In this document: positions 30,025-39,694 of the stretch, in pieces | Layout: each line of letters starts with the position of its first letter | How positions within the stretch are numbered: position 1 is the first letter of the stretch | Assembly: GCA_051439605.1 (NCBI GenBank) | Contig: JBFRWN010000098.1 | Coordinates: 1-64,000 of the forward strand | From: Synechococcus sp. | GTDB taxonomy: Bacteria; Cyanobacteriota; Cyanobacteriia; Thermostichales; PCC-7336 | Direction: 5' to 3' | DNA length: 64,000 bases | Program-made: the position numbers and the translations under genes | Notes under the pieces: model-generated | Told to the model about the DNA's origin: nothing | The model's input: only the letters and a program-made list of their open reading frames with translations | Database searches by the model: none

Positions 30025-31241
30025 GAAGCCTGCCTCGCTATGACCAACGATTCTTCTTGAGATGCCTCCCAAGCCAGCAACATGCTGATGGCTTGGCGGT
30101 ATAGATCTAAATCGACGCTGTGGACTTCCACCCCGCTGCCAATCTCCCGAAGCAGCATCAGCGTCAGCTGACCCCCCAGATGCTCCCGGAACTCGTTCAA
30201 TCCGTTGAAGATACATCGAGGGTCGTTCAGATCCTCGATGCCTGCGGCTAACTCCGGTACGTACAGCACAAAGCCAAGGGTTTTTAACGTGCTGAGGATT
30301 GCACGCCAATCGCTGTAGCGCAACCATCCCAACAAGTGAGAGTAGGTGACATCCAGTGCCATGCCGATCGCTACAGCTTCGCCATGTCTGAGGCCATAGT
30401 GAGCGAGTTGCTCCAGCTTGTGGGCGGACCAATGGCCGAAATCAAGCGGGCGCGAGGAGCCCAATTCGAAGGGATCGCCGCTGGTGGCAATGTGATGTAG
30501 GTGCAGCTGGGCGCAGCGAACAATTAACCGCTGCATGGCCGCCATGTCGCGATTGGCTAGGGCGTCTGCATCCGCCGAGATCTCCGAAAAGAAGTCAGGA
30601 TCTTTGATGAGTGCAACCTTAACAGCTTCAGCAATGCCAGCTCGCCAATCGCGATCGCCCAGAGTCTTGAGAAACGTAAAGTCATTCAGGACTGCGTAGG
30701 GGGGTTTGAATGTGCCCAGATAGTTCTTCTTGCCAAAAGCGTTAATGCCATTTTTGACCCCGATACCGGCGTCATTCTGGGCCAGCACGGTGGTGGGGAT
30801 CCGAATCAAGCGGATACCTCGATGGGCAGTGGCAGCAGCGTACCCGGCCATATCCAGTAGCGAACCTCCCCCAATGGCCACCAGATAAGAGTGGCGACAT
30901 AACCCCACTTCGTTGATGATGGCCTGCAGGCGATCAACCAAAGCTGGATCGTTCTTAGCGGCCTCGCCCCCCGGTACTACTTGCGGAGTGGCGACCAGTT
31001 TCAGGCGATCGCCGTAGCGCTTGGCATAGCGCTCGATCTGGGCAATCAATTGCGGCCGTTGTTCTAGCACGCCCGCATCAATAACTACGGCAAATTTCTT
31101 GGGACCTTCTTTCCCATCCGACAAGATCGCATCGGATAGAAGGGGGTTATCTTGACGGAACAGCCCCTCAGTAAAGTGAACGGCGTAGTCAAAGGCAACG
31201 GTAAATCGTTGCTGAATGGGGGGGATAGCTAGGCGCTGCAT
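30021..31241 (-). CDS. eboD: EboD, dehydroquinate-synthase-like sugar-phosphate cyclase
   Basis: GGEAAKN, AIGGGSLLDMAG, PTTVLAQND, GVKNG, AEAVKVALIKD, LDFGHWSAHKLE and HGEAVAIG. Confidence 0.88.
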   Translation of the reverse strand: MQRLAIPPIQQRFTVAFDYAVHFTEGLFRQDNPLLSDAILSDGKEGPKKFAVVIDAGVLEQRPQLIAQIERYAKRYGDRLKLVATPQVVPGGEAAKNDPALVDRLQAIINEVGLCRHSYLVAIGGGSLLDMAGYAAATAHRGIRLIRIPTTVLAQNDAGIGVKNGINAFGKKNYLGTFKPPYAVLNDFTFLKTLGDRDWRAGIAEAVKVALIKDPDFFSEISADADALANRDMAAMQRLIVRCAQLHLHHIATSGDPFELGSSRPLDFGHWSAHKLEQLAHYGLRHGEAVAIGMALDVTYSHLLGWLRYSDWRAILSTLKTLGFVLYVPELAAGIEDLNDPRCIFNGLNEFREHLGGQLTLMLLREIGSGVEVHSVDLDLYRQAISMLLAWEASQEESLVIARQAS

Positions 31242-31334
31242 GGGGTTGATGATCTCACTCGGTTGAGGTTGTAAGTACTCTGGGCTATCGATCTTGGATC
31301 GTGATATCGCCGTGTTGGAGGTTGTGTGAAAGCC

Positions 31335-32276
31335 CTACGTAACGGCAAATAGTCGGGCAAGACCCATTGAAATAGGCAGTAGGCATAAGAGGATGAGGCC
31401 GTAGATCCCACCCGCAAATCCCGAGGCAATAGCTGCATCTAGGACTATCAGGGATAGAATGCCTGCTCTAACTGCAGAACGAATGGGTTCTGGATCGGGG
31501 GTTTGAGTAGCTTGCCAGAAGGGGGGGAGAATTCTCCAAGCCAACAAGCCGATGAAAGGCAGTGCACTCAACAGAGTAAAGGTAGAGAATTCCCAAAGCA
31601 AAAGCGGGCTGACAAGAATCCCCCCCAGAAGACCCAGAGCCACCCACCCGGTGGTTTTGCTACCGCCATTGACTTCCCCTTGGCTGATGGCAGTAATTGC
31701 GGCAATGTAGGCGATCGGGATCGAAGCCAGATACCAGCGATCGCCAATGGCCAGAGGCAATGCGCTGGCCCCCAACAGCCAATTCATGCCTCGGCATAAA
31801 CCCATATTGGCTGGCCCCATCCAAGTACTGTGCTTACTGAAGCTGTCGTACAGCAGGCAGGCAAGGGCAATAGCGATCGACAACACCATGCTGGTGAGAT
31901 TCACTTGGGCAGCAGCGGCAATACCTGCTAAAAGAAGTAGTCCGCCAAAGATGACAGCCTGCCAGAGACTAACTCTGCCGCTGGGAATAGGGCGTTCGGG
32001 ACGCTCTCGGGCATCGAGATCGGCATCAAACACATCGTTGAACACCACCCCTCCGGCATACAGGCCCGTAGTGGCCAGCACCAACCAACCCAGAGGTTGT
32101 AGTTGAGTCAGAATCTCGGTTAATGGATGTCCCCGCATCCCGTGCATCGCGGTTCCACCCAAACCTGCAATGGCGAAACCTACCCAAATATCTGCCCAAG
32201 CCGTGACTACATTGGCGGGCCGGGTCATCTGCAGATAGGGCAGTGGAGACCAACTACGAGCGGGTATGGCAGACAT
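31335..32276 (-). CDS. eboC: EboC, UbiA-family prenyltransferase
   Basis: RPANVVTAWADI, NDVFDADLDARERPERPIPSG and MGLCRG; multi-pass membrane protein ending LARLFAVT. Confidence 0.9.
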   Translation of the reverse strand: MSAIPARSWSPLPYLQMTRPANVVTAWADIWVGFAIAGLGGTAMHGMRGHPLTEILTQLQPLGWLVLATTGLYAGGVVFNDVFDADLDARERPERPIPSGRVSLWQAVIFGGLLLLAGIAAAAQVNLTSMVLSIAIALACLLYDSFSKHSTWMGPANMGLCRGMNWLLGASALPLAIGDRWYLASIPIAYIAAITAISQGEVNGGSKTTGWVALGLLGGILVSPLLLWEFSTFTLLSALPFIGLLAWRILPPFWQATQTPDPEPIRSAVRAGILSLIVLDAAIASGFAGGIYGLILLCLLPISMGLARLFAVT

Positions 32277-32288
32277 AACACTTCCCCT

Positions 32289-33212
32289 CTATTTGATAAG
32301 CAACGAGTCGCTGCCCGCTTCTACCACTGGTGCTTGGCCGCGCAGAACGGAGTTTCCGTCAAACAGCTCCCGCTGGTCAACCGCTGGTGGGTTTAGCCAG
32401 TCTGACTCGTTCATTTGGCCGCTTTGGCTGTAGGCAGCAAGGGCGTTACCGTAACAAACGGCTTTGGTATCCGCTTCCGAAATACCTCGCTCAATCATCA
32501 GTTGAGCGGTTTTGGGAACAGCAAGGGGATCGCTGATTCCCCAGTCTGCCGCGCTATCAATAATCACTCGCTCGCTGCCGTACTGCTTGACCAGATCCAC
32601 CATACGCTCGTTTCCCATCTTGGTACTGGGGTAAATCGAGAAGGCAGCCCAAAAGCCACCGTCCAGGATTTCTTTGGCAGTTTCTTCGTTGGCATGGTCC
32701 ACAATGACTCGCTCTGGAGCCATACCGTGCTCCAAACACACGGCTAAACTGCGACTGGTACCTTCTTTTTTATTGCGATGAGGGGTGTGAATCAGCACCA
32801 GCATGTCTAGCTCTTGGGCTAGCTCTAGCTGCCTGCGGAAGAACTTGTCTTCTGCGGGAGTCATTTCGTCGTAGCCGATTTCACCTAGGGCTACTACCCC
32901 TTCTTTACAGGCGTAAAGGGGTAGAATTTCCATCACCTGTTCTGCCAACTCAACATTATTGGCCTCTTTAGGATTGATGGAAATCGTGCAGTAGTGGCGG
33001 ATGCCAAATTGCCCCGCTCTAAACCGCTCCCAACCCACTAGGCTGTTGAAATAGTCTTTAAACGTGCCCAAACTGGTGCGAGGGGAACCTAGCCAAAAAG
33101 ACGGCTCGATAACAGCCACAACTCCGAATTGCTTCAGAATCATGTAGTCATAGGTTGTTCGAGCTGTCATATGGATGTGCGGATCGATGCACATCATGTG
33201 TTTGTTACTCAT
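32289..33212 (-). CDS. eboB: EboB, TatD-family metallohydrolase
   Basis: DPHIHMTART, GWERFRAGQFGI, GEIGYD, IHTPHRNK and DSAADWG. Start is uncertain (33194-33266). Confidence 0.88.
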   Translation of the reverse strand: MSNKHMMCIDPHIHMTARTTYDYMILKQFGVVAVIEPSFWLGSPRTSLGTFKDYFNSLVGWERFRAGQFGIRHYCTISINPKEANNVELAEQVMEILPLYACKEGVVALGEIGYDEMTPAEDKFFRRQLELAQELDMLVLIHTPHRNKKEGTSRSLAVCLEHGMAPERVIVDHANEETAKEILDGGFWAAFSIYPSTKMGNERMVDLVKQYGSERVIIDSAADWGISDPLAVPKTAQLMIERGISEADTKAVCYGNALAAYSQSGQMNESDWLNPPAVDQRELFDGNSVLRGQAPVVEAGSDSLLIK

Positions 33213-33330
33213 AGTGGAATTCATAGAGGGTTGCAACGGGGGCTTCAACTTGAAATAGGAATTCACGGGGGGGGGATTCCAGCGGGGTGGATTTACCGCC
33301 TTGAAAGACGATTCTTATCGCTAGCTATCC

Positions 33331-34242
33331 TTAAGACGTTGCCCCAAAGTAAGTCTCGGTATGGCTTTGCCAAGTCAGTTGGCCGGACTCGATTCGGTCC
33401 CGTAAGTCAGGGCGACTATCTAACAACTGCTGGGCTGCTGGGATGGAGGCTTTGGAGAGAGCTAATGCTGCTGCTTCCTGCTGAACGGCCTCAGGATTTT
33501 GCAAGACTTTTTCAAGATCGGGGATCAATTCAGAGGTTATGAAGGGACCCACCGGCCGCCAGAGTTCCGGGCTGACTTCCCGAGAGGCCGCCCAACGCTC
33601 GTGGGCATAATCTCTCAAGATTAGCGCCAGAGTTGGATTAGCTCGTCGATCTAGCCCCTGAATGGGATAGAGGGGACTGCCGACAAATAGCGCTTTGAGA
33701 ACTAACTGATTCCATGCAAGCTCGTCAAACTGCTCTGCAGGGTAAGGGTTGCGCAGGGCGATCGCGTTAAAAACCGGAGTCATGCTTGTGCGAGGACCCT
33801 CCAGCGCCCGAGGAAGCAGTGCTTCTGGATGAGGTAGCAAAGCCAAACTTTCGAACAAAGTTGTCAGTTCATTGACGTCGGCCGCCATAAATAGTTGCTC
33901 TAGAGTATCGACGTATCGATCCACATCGTCGGAAGGGATCGATAGCAGCAGCAAGATTCGACCGGCGCGATCGAGACTCCAATGACCGGGGGACCACCCC
34001 GGACGTAACTGCTCTGCCGCTTGCAAATCTTTCTCCGATAGTTCCAAATCCGCTTTGCCTAGATATCTCGGTACCGCACTAAAGGCAGAGAACACGATGT
34101 ACTTAGGTGCACCATTGGCAATATATTGTCGTTTCTCGTGCAGCCATATCAAACCATCGTGGCTACACTTATCAGTCAGCCAACTGTCGATGAGGTCAAC
34201 TGCGCGGCTGAACTTGGGAGGAATCGCTGTTGAGAGAGCCAT
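33331..34242 (-). CDS. eboA: EboA family protein
   Basis: WSLDRAGRILLL, FNAIALRNPYP, WNQLVLKALFVG and DYAHERWAASREVSPELW. Confidence 0.88.
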   Translation of the reverse strand: MALSTAIPPKFSRAVDLIDSWLTDKCSHDGLIWLHEKRQYIANGAPKYIVFSAFSAVPRYLGKADLELSEKDLQAAEQLRPGWSPGHWSLDRAGRILLLLSIPSDDVDRYVDTLEQLFMAADVNELTTLFESLALLPHPEALLPRALEGPRTSMTPVFNAIALRNPYPAEQFDELAWNQLVLKALFVGSPLYPIQGLDRRANPTLALILRDYAHERWAASREVSPELWRPVGPFITSELIPDLEKVLQNPEAVQQEAAALALSKASIPAAQQLLDSRPDLRDRIESGQLTWQSHTETYFGATS

Positions 34243-34738
34243 GGCTTGAGAAGCTTTTTACAGATGGAACAGGATTGTCAGTCAATGCATTCAAACAAGT
34301 AGTGCAGAACAAGGCATCAGCTGATAAACAGCCTAAACATTCGTACGAGCTACCATTACAGAATTTCCCTAAATAAGGTATAAAATTCGATTTCTGTAAA
34401 CTTTATTCAGTATATGCACCTATGTACAGCTTTAGTCTGTGTACTTAACAACAGTATTGTTCATCCATTCGTGGTTCTTTCAGCTATGTCGAGAGTTTAC
34501 TGTCTGTTGAATACTGCTGAAGACATCGACCCTGAATGGTGTTTTCTTTTGGTTTTGTCGATTGCTAGCAAACGAGTTGATTTCTGAGGCTAAGATGGCT
34601 AGCTTTTACTGCCTGACCCCTGACATTTGAAGTACATCAAGTTCCATAGCAAAGCCCTCCCAGCAGTCTGGACCGCTGAGAGGGTAATAAGCCCGGGTCT
34701 TAGGGATGCTAGCCACACTGGTGGACAGAATCCTACTT

Positions 34739-36556
34739 TTATCGTTTGGCCGCCTTAAGCTTAGCTTTACGCAGTCGAACCGATTGAGGAGTCACTTCTA
34801 CCAGTTCCTCGTCATCGATATATTCTAACGCCCGCTCTAAGCTCATATCCTCAGGTGCTTGCAGGTGAACGAGTTCTTCCCCGGTGGCCGAGCGGTGGTT
34901 GGTGAGCTGTTTCGCCTTGCAAACATTGAGGTCAATATCTTGGGGACGATTGTGTTCACCGACAATCATGCCCGGGTAAACCTTGGTGCCAGGGGTAATG
35001 AAGAATACACCGCGATCCTCAGCATTCCGTAGGGAATACGCCGTGGCATCTCCCTCTGCGAAGGAAATAATCACTCCATTGCGACGCTTTTCCAGGGCGC
35101 CAACCATGGGGCGATAGTCCAAGAAGCTGTGACTCATGATGCCTTCCCCCTTGGTAATCCGGATGAATTCGCTGCGATAGCCGATCAGCCCGCGAGCGGG
35201 AATGACAAACTCTAGATGGGTACGGCCATTGCCAGCCACCATCATGTCTTGCATTTCGGCGCGACGGGTACCCAATTTCTCGATGCAAGAGCCGCTCGCC
35301 TCATCCGGAACATCTAAGACCAGTGTTTCGAATGGTTCGCAGGGCTGACCGTTGATTTCGCGGAAAATTACGCGGGGCTGAGCAACCTGGAACTCGTAGC
35401 CCTCGCGACGCATGTTCTCAATCAAAATACCCAGGTGCAATTCTCCACGCCCGGACACCAAAAAGCGATCGGGGGAGTCAGTGGGTTCCACACGCAGAGC
35501 CACGTTAGTCTCTAGCTCGCGCATGAGGCGATCTCGAATTTGACGTGAGGTCACATAATCCCCTTCCTGACCGGCAAAAGGGGAATCGTTGACACTGAAT
35601 TGCATCTGCAAGGTGGGCTCATCCACCGTGATCAATGGCAACGCTTGAGGATCTTCCGGACTGGTCAGGGTGAACCCAATATTGGCATCGGCAAATCCAG
35701 CTACAGCCACAATGTTACCGGCGGTAGCTTCCTCCAGTTCGATTCGGTTGAGCCCTTCAAATCCAAACAGCTTGGAAACGCGTGCTTTGACGATGGAACC
35801 GTCGTCGGTCACCATCGCAAGGGTTTCGCCAGAGCGAATGGTGCCGTTGTGCACTTTGCCTCGCACAATCCGACCTAAGAAGTCATCGTACTCCAGTGTG
35901 GTCACTTGTAATTGCAAGGGCTTTTCCGGATCGCCGACTGGAGCAGGAACGTGCTCGATCAGGGAATCAAACAGGGGTTGCATGTCCTTTTTGCCTTCAA
36001 ACTCATCGGCGAGAACGGCGTCCAAGCTATCCTCGTCGATCGCGTAACCTTGCATCCCCGAGGCAAACAGGTAAGGGAAATCACACTGGTCGTCATCAGC
36101 ACCCAGTTCGATAAATAGGTCGAGGACTTTATCGATCGCCTTCATGGGTTCTGCACGGGGGCGATCGATCTTGTTCACAACCACAATTGGGCGCAGACCT
36201 TTCTCCAGTGCCTTGCGTAACACAAACCGCGTTTGGGGCATGGGACCTTCATTGGCATCCACCAGCAACAGGCAACCTTCTACCATGCCAAGTACCCGCT
36301 CAACTTCGCCACCGAAATCGGCGTGGCCGGGGGTATCGACAATATTGATTAGGGTTTCGCCATAGCGAACAGCGGTATTTTTCGAAAGAATGGTGATGCC
36401 CCGCTCCCGCTCGATGTCGTTAGAGTCCATGATGCAGGTGGGCATGACTTCATCATCGCGAAACAAGCCAGACTGTTGTAGAAGGGCATCCACCAGAGTG
36501 GTTTTTCCATGGTCGACGTGAGCAATGATGGCAACGTTACGAATTGGAGTGGTCAT
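34739..36556 (-). CDS. typA: Translational GTPase TypA/BipA
   Basis: [43 protein letters not shown] and GRGELHL. Confidence 0.97.
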   Translation of the reverse strand: MTTPIRNVAIIAHVDHGKTTLVDALLQQSGLFRDDEVMPTCIMDSNDIERERGITILSKNTAVRYGETLINIVDTPGHADFGGEVERVLGMVEGCLLLVDANEGPMPQTRFVLRKALEKGLRPIVVVNKIDRPRAEPMKAIDKVLDLFIELGADDDQCDFPYLFASGMQGYAIDEDSLDAVLADEFEGKKDMQPLFDSLIEHVPAPVGDPEKPLQLQVTTLEYDDFLGRIVRGKVHNGTIRSGETLAMVTDDGSIVKARVSKLFGFEGLNRIELEEATAGNIVAVAGFADANIGFTLTSPEDPQALPLITVDEPTLQMQFSVNDSPFAGQEGDYVTSRQIRDRLMRELETNVALRVEPTDSPDRFLVSGRGELHLGILIENMRREGYEFQVAQPRVIFREINGQPCEPFETLVLDVPDEASGSCIEKLGTRRAEMQDMMVAGNGRTHLEFVIPARGLIGYRSEFIRITKGEGIMSHSFLDYRPMVGALEKRRNGVIISFAEGDATAYSLRNAEDRGVFFITPGTKVYPGMIVGEHNRPQDIDLNVCKAKQLTNHRSATGEELVHLQAPEDMSLERALEYIDDEELVEVTPQSVRLRKAKLKAAKR

Positions 36557-36903
36557 AAATCGGACAGGAAGTACTGCAGTAAGGAATGGGCGGCCTCAAG
36601 CAGTCTGGAACAGCCCAGTACAAACTGGCCAATCGCTCAAAAGCTTGATGCGTATGCAAAAAATGATACAAAGAGCAGGGTGAGCTGCAAAAGAGATAAG
36701 GTCTTTGTCTCCCCCCAAAGAGCCAATATTGGAATGCTCTCAAACCAGTTATCCATGCAAAATCTTAACAATTGTAACGTGCCTGTTGATTCCCGACGGA
36801 CTCTTATTCATTTTGAGAGTCTTCAAACCACTCTGATGTCAGCTCGAGCGTTGCAAAAGAGGCCAGCAAAGAGGTCCGATCGCACAAGCAAACACCGGGA
36901 TCC

Positions 36904-36931
36904 AAAAACAAACCCCAGCCACAGCTGGGGG
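36904..36931 (-). terminator. Intrinsic terminator after psb30
   Basis: Minus strand CCCCAGC-TGTG-GCTGGGG followed by TTTGTTTTT. Confidence 0.65.
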
Positions 36932-36990
36932 ATGTAAATGTCGCGCATGCCGAGTAAACCTGCCCAAGGTGAGTCAGAGCTATGCCTCAA

Positions 36991-37098
36991 CTACATGTCA
37001 GCACCACGAAGATAAAGCACGAAGATAACGGCGGGGCCGGCCAGAACAATTAGGGCCAGCAGAAAAAGTTGAATAAAAACTTCGAAACTACCAAACAT
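36991..37098 (-). CDS. psb30: Photosystem II reaction centre protein Psb30 (Ycf12)
   Basis: Read by hand: MFGSFEVFIQLFLLALIVLAGPAVIFVLYLRGADM. The LIVLAGP.VIF.L..RG signature matches Ycf12. Confidence 0.9.
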   Translation of the reverse strand: MFGSFEVFIQLFLLALIVLAGPAVIFVLYLRGADM

Positions 37099-37202
37099 TT
37101 TGGGAAACCCTTCTCAATTTGATGTCTCAGATTGTAACGCAGTTGGCTCCAATCCTCTTAAGGAAGCCCGTCAAGGTTTGCAGATGTTCAAGAACTGAAG
37201 TT

Positions 37203-37823
37203 CTAAAGGAATCGAAATGGTAAGCGTGGTGGAGAGCCAGTTTCTTTAGCCAATTCGAAGTTGATCACAGACCAGCGCATTTCCTCCAATACATCATCTT
37301 CGAGGACAGGGGGGTAGGGATGGGAGGACAAAGGTTTGTTGACCTCTGTCGAAGGACATTCTTCAGCGGAGATCGTCGAGCTAGATGCAGCGGAGGATGA
37401 GGCAACTGTGGCGGCGGGCTGCTGGCTAAAGCTGACCGGTAAACCGTAAAGCCTCCACTCGCCATTGTTGTGTCGACGGGAATGATTGCTTTGTAAATAG
37501 GACTTTAGTAGTTGGCTGTACCGATGAGCAATAGTAACTGCAGTGGCCCTCATCCCCTGAGCATGGAGGCGATCGAGTTCTTCATGGATTTCAAACCGAA
37601 TTCCATCAACATGGGTATGTTGTCGAAACCAACAATTATTCCAACGGCGCCAGCGACGCCCTGATTGCAGGTGAACCAACTCTCCGGTGCCTGATTCCGC
37701 TTCAAATGCACCGTGGCGTTCGCACAGATAGGCATCCGTCAACATCAGCGCCGGGATTGCCTTATTACAGTGGGGGCAAGAGATTTCTGCTCCGAAAATG
37801 GGTGGAGAAAAACTAACGTCCAT
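37203..37823 (-). CDS. TIGR02652-family cyanobacterial protein
   Basis: PIFGAEISCPHC, TDAYLCERHGAFEA, LVHLQSGRRW and HTHVDGIRFEIHE. Confidence 0.85.
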   Translation of the reverse strand: MDVSFSPPIFGAEISCPHCNKAIPALMLTDAYLCERHGAFEAESGTGELVHLQSGRRWRRWNNCWFRQHTHVDGIRFEIHEELDRLHAQGMRATAVTIAHRYSQLLKSYLQSNHSRRHNNGEWRLYGLPVSFSQQPAATVASSSAASSSTISAEECPSTEVNKPLSSHPYPPVLEDDVLEEMRWSVINFELAKETGSPPRLPFRFL

Positions 37824-38207
37824 AGGTTGCTGAAGTTAGGCAATTGCTGTAGGTATATGCCAGGGAATGGGCATGGGTCTCTAGTCAAAGCGGGTTGATT
37901 AGGGTTGGTGCTCTTAATGAGAAGGCATCTAGTCTATTAGGAGCCGAAATGACATGGGTGTGATAGAGAGCAGACAGTCTTGAAACAGGTAACTTTAATA
38001 GAAGTAAACTGCGTTCCTTCAACCGGCTAGATTTAGCTGAGGGTGTAAATTTCCCCTTACACACAGAGCCCTGGCAGCTCCATTTCAATACGCATAGTAT
38101 ACAGATGGGAATTTGCATCCTTCTATGTCTGTTACATACCGGAATGCTTATGTTACGAAAGATGTCCGCACCCCTGAACTCGCATCGAGACTCGATTGAG
38201 CTAGGAA

Positions 38208-38579
38208 CTAAGCACAGAAATCCGCTTCGCTCAATGGCATGAGTTCGAATCCGTGAATTCTCCAATTACCATTATCCTGCCTATCCATGGGGTAAAGGGC
38301 CATTAGCAACTTCCCATCTTTAGCCATCACGCTCACCCGCTGGGTGGGTCGCTCGTCCAGCCAAGTCAAGTCGAGAAACAGGATAGAGCGGTGGCGATAG
38401 AGAGGACTGTAGCGCTTTTTCACCATAGATAGAAAAGTTTTCACAGAGCGAAACTGTGCTTGAATCGTTGGGCTGGCTAGTGAAAAAGCGGTTTCGGGAT
38501 CGTCTCTTCGAAATGCCTCTAATTGCCGCACGATAACGCGCCGGATTGCCTGGCGGTCGGTTGCTGTGATTTTCATCAT
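38208..38579 (-). CDS. DUF4864-family protein
   Basis: AIRRVIVRQLEAFRRDD..AFSLASP..F..MVK..Y and WRIHG pattern. Confidence 0.8.
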   Translation of the reverse strand: MMKITATDRQAIRRVIVRQLEAFRRDDPETAFSLASPTIQAQFRSVKTFLSMVKKRYSPLYRHRSILFLDLTWLDERPTQRVSVMAKDGKLLMALYPMDRQDNGNWRIHGFELMPLSEADFCA

Positions 38580-38842
38580 CCCCTTACCACTAATAATCTC
38601 TACTGCTATTGAGTCCCAATGAATGAAGCTGGTTGTTTACTAGGCGTTGGTACGCTATCTGAGAGCCGTCAGTCATCCTTTGCCGGAACAGTTCTTTGAT
38701 ACCATCCTCCTTTGTCAGCCTTATTGGTCAAATGTCACCATTTTTTTTAATTGGTGCTAAATTATTGGAGTACTGAGCTGTCGGTTCTCAAATCGATTGC
38801 CACTTAATATCTAAACCGCTTAGGGAATAGGAGGTGATGCCC

Positions 38843-38923
38843 ATGGATAGTAGTAGTAAACAATTTTTGGGTCATCTATCTGAAGTAAGTCGGCTGTGTG
38901 CCGGGGCTGTTCTCGCTTTTTAG
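38843..38923 (+). CDS. Putative 26-aa peptide on a structured small transcript
   Basis: AGGAGGTGAT (38829-38838) precedes the ATG. Translation MDSSSKQFLGHLSEVSRLCAGAVLAF. Structured tail and terminator downstream. Confidence 0.45.
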   Translation: MDSSSKQFLGHLSEVSRLCAGAVLAF

Positions 38924-38989
38924 CTTGCCAACTTAGAGCTGAAGCTGGGTTCCTTCCGGAAGTCAGGCTCAGGAGATAATCCGACTAGA

Positions 38990-39042
38990 CCGCTCCATCG
39001 GTTAGTACCACCCGGTACTGCTGGTAGAGCGGATAGTTTTTT
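38990..39042 (+). terminator. Long hairpin plus T-run ending the small transcript
   Basis: CCGCTC...GAGCGG outer stem, AGTACC-ACCC-GGTACT inner stem, then TTTTTT at 39037-39042. Confidence 0.6.
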
Positions 39043-39325
39043 AAGGGGATGCTTGAACTTGTCGAAGTTCAAAGATACTCGGTGGGGCGGCTGCATTTAC
39101 AAGACTTAATGGGTTATTGGCGATCGCTAATTTTTTAGTTTTCCGTCGGGAATCCTGTAGTTTGATTTCGTCTCTGTTACATATAGCTGCGGTTAGTTTC
39201 AGTTGGGATGGCCATATCCGTTTCATTCAGTGTTTTAGCCAATGCAAGGATTGATGGGGCTTGGCTGTAGCCGAAATTGTTTTTTGATATGCTTGCAAGC
39301 TTTGGAAAGGATAACGTTATCAAGC

Positions 39326-39351
39326 AAAAACCAGCTTCTACTGAAGCTGGT
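39326..39351 (-). terminator. Intrinsic terminator after psbI
   Basis: Minus strand CCAGCTTC-AGTA-GAAGCTGG followed by TTTTT. Confidence 0.7.
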
Positions 39352-39413
39352 CTAGCTGCAATTGCGCGGCTAACTTTAAGTTCGCTCGAAAGGAACCTGT
39401 AATTGCTCGGCAA

Positions 39414-39530
39414 CTACTCCAGATCGCGACGCTTAGGGTTACGAGCAGGGTCACTGTTGAGGAAACCGAAGACAAACAGACCCACAAAAAAGATGACGAC
39501 TGCGTAGACAGAGATTTTCAATAACAGCAT
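39414..39530 (-). CDS. psbI: Photosystem II protein I
   Basis: Read by hand: [38 protein letters not shown], a canonical PsbI sequence. Confidence 0.96.
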   Translation of the reverse strand: MLLLKISVYAVVIFFVGLFVFGFLNSDPARNPKRRDLE

Positions 39531-39694
39531 GTTGCGTAAATCCGTAAACTGTATCGAGTTCAATACGCTCGGACGTTATGGGCCAGACCGCAAGCCCGGG
39601 CCGAACGTTAAGCAAAATGAATTCCTCTAATAATATCGTGAATCTTCACAAATCGAAGTGCCGAATTAATGGATGGGGATTACTAGTTGATAGA

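Noticed and set aside
30025..30432. Long N-terminal extension of the eboE ORF (554 aa in the track)
   Set aside because: It lies inside eboD in another frame. A GTG start at 30024 coupled to the eboD stop gives a normal EboE N-terminus.
30021..31241. Calling this gene the housekeeping aroB
   Set aside because: Its position inside the ebo array and the LDFGHWSAHKLE and AEAVKVALIKD variants point to EboD.
38043..38062. GTGTAA-N8-TTACAC palindrome as an NtcA site
   Set aside because: The GTA-to-TAC spacing is 10, not 8. It could bind another regulator, but nothing supports that.
38843..38923. Peptide ending AVLAF as a tmRNA tag
   Set aside because: No tRNA-like ends and no ANNIV-type resume sequence, and the ORF has its own SD and ATG.
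39001..39042. TGGTAGAGCG resembles a tRNA D-arm
   Set aside because: There is no T-arm (GTTCRA) or acceptor stem; the sequence is the 3' arm of a terminator-like hairpin.
39041..39226. 61-aa minus-strand ORF MKRIWPSQLK
   Set aside because: No RBS and no recognisable family; left uncalled.
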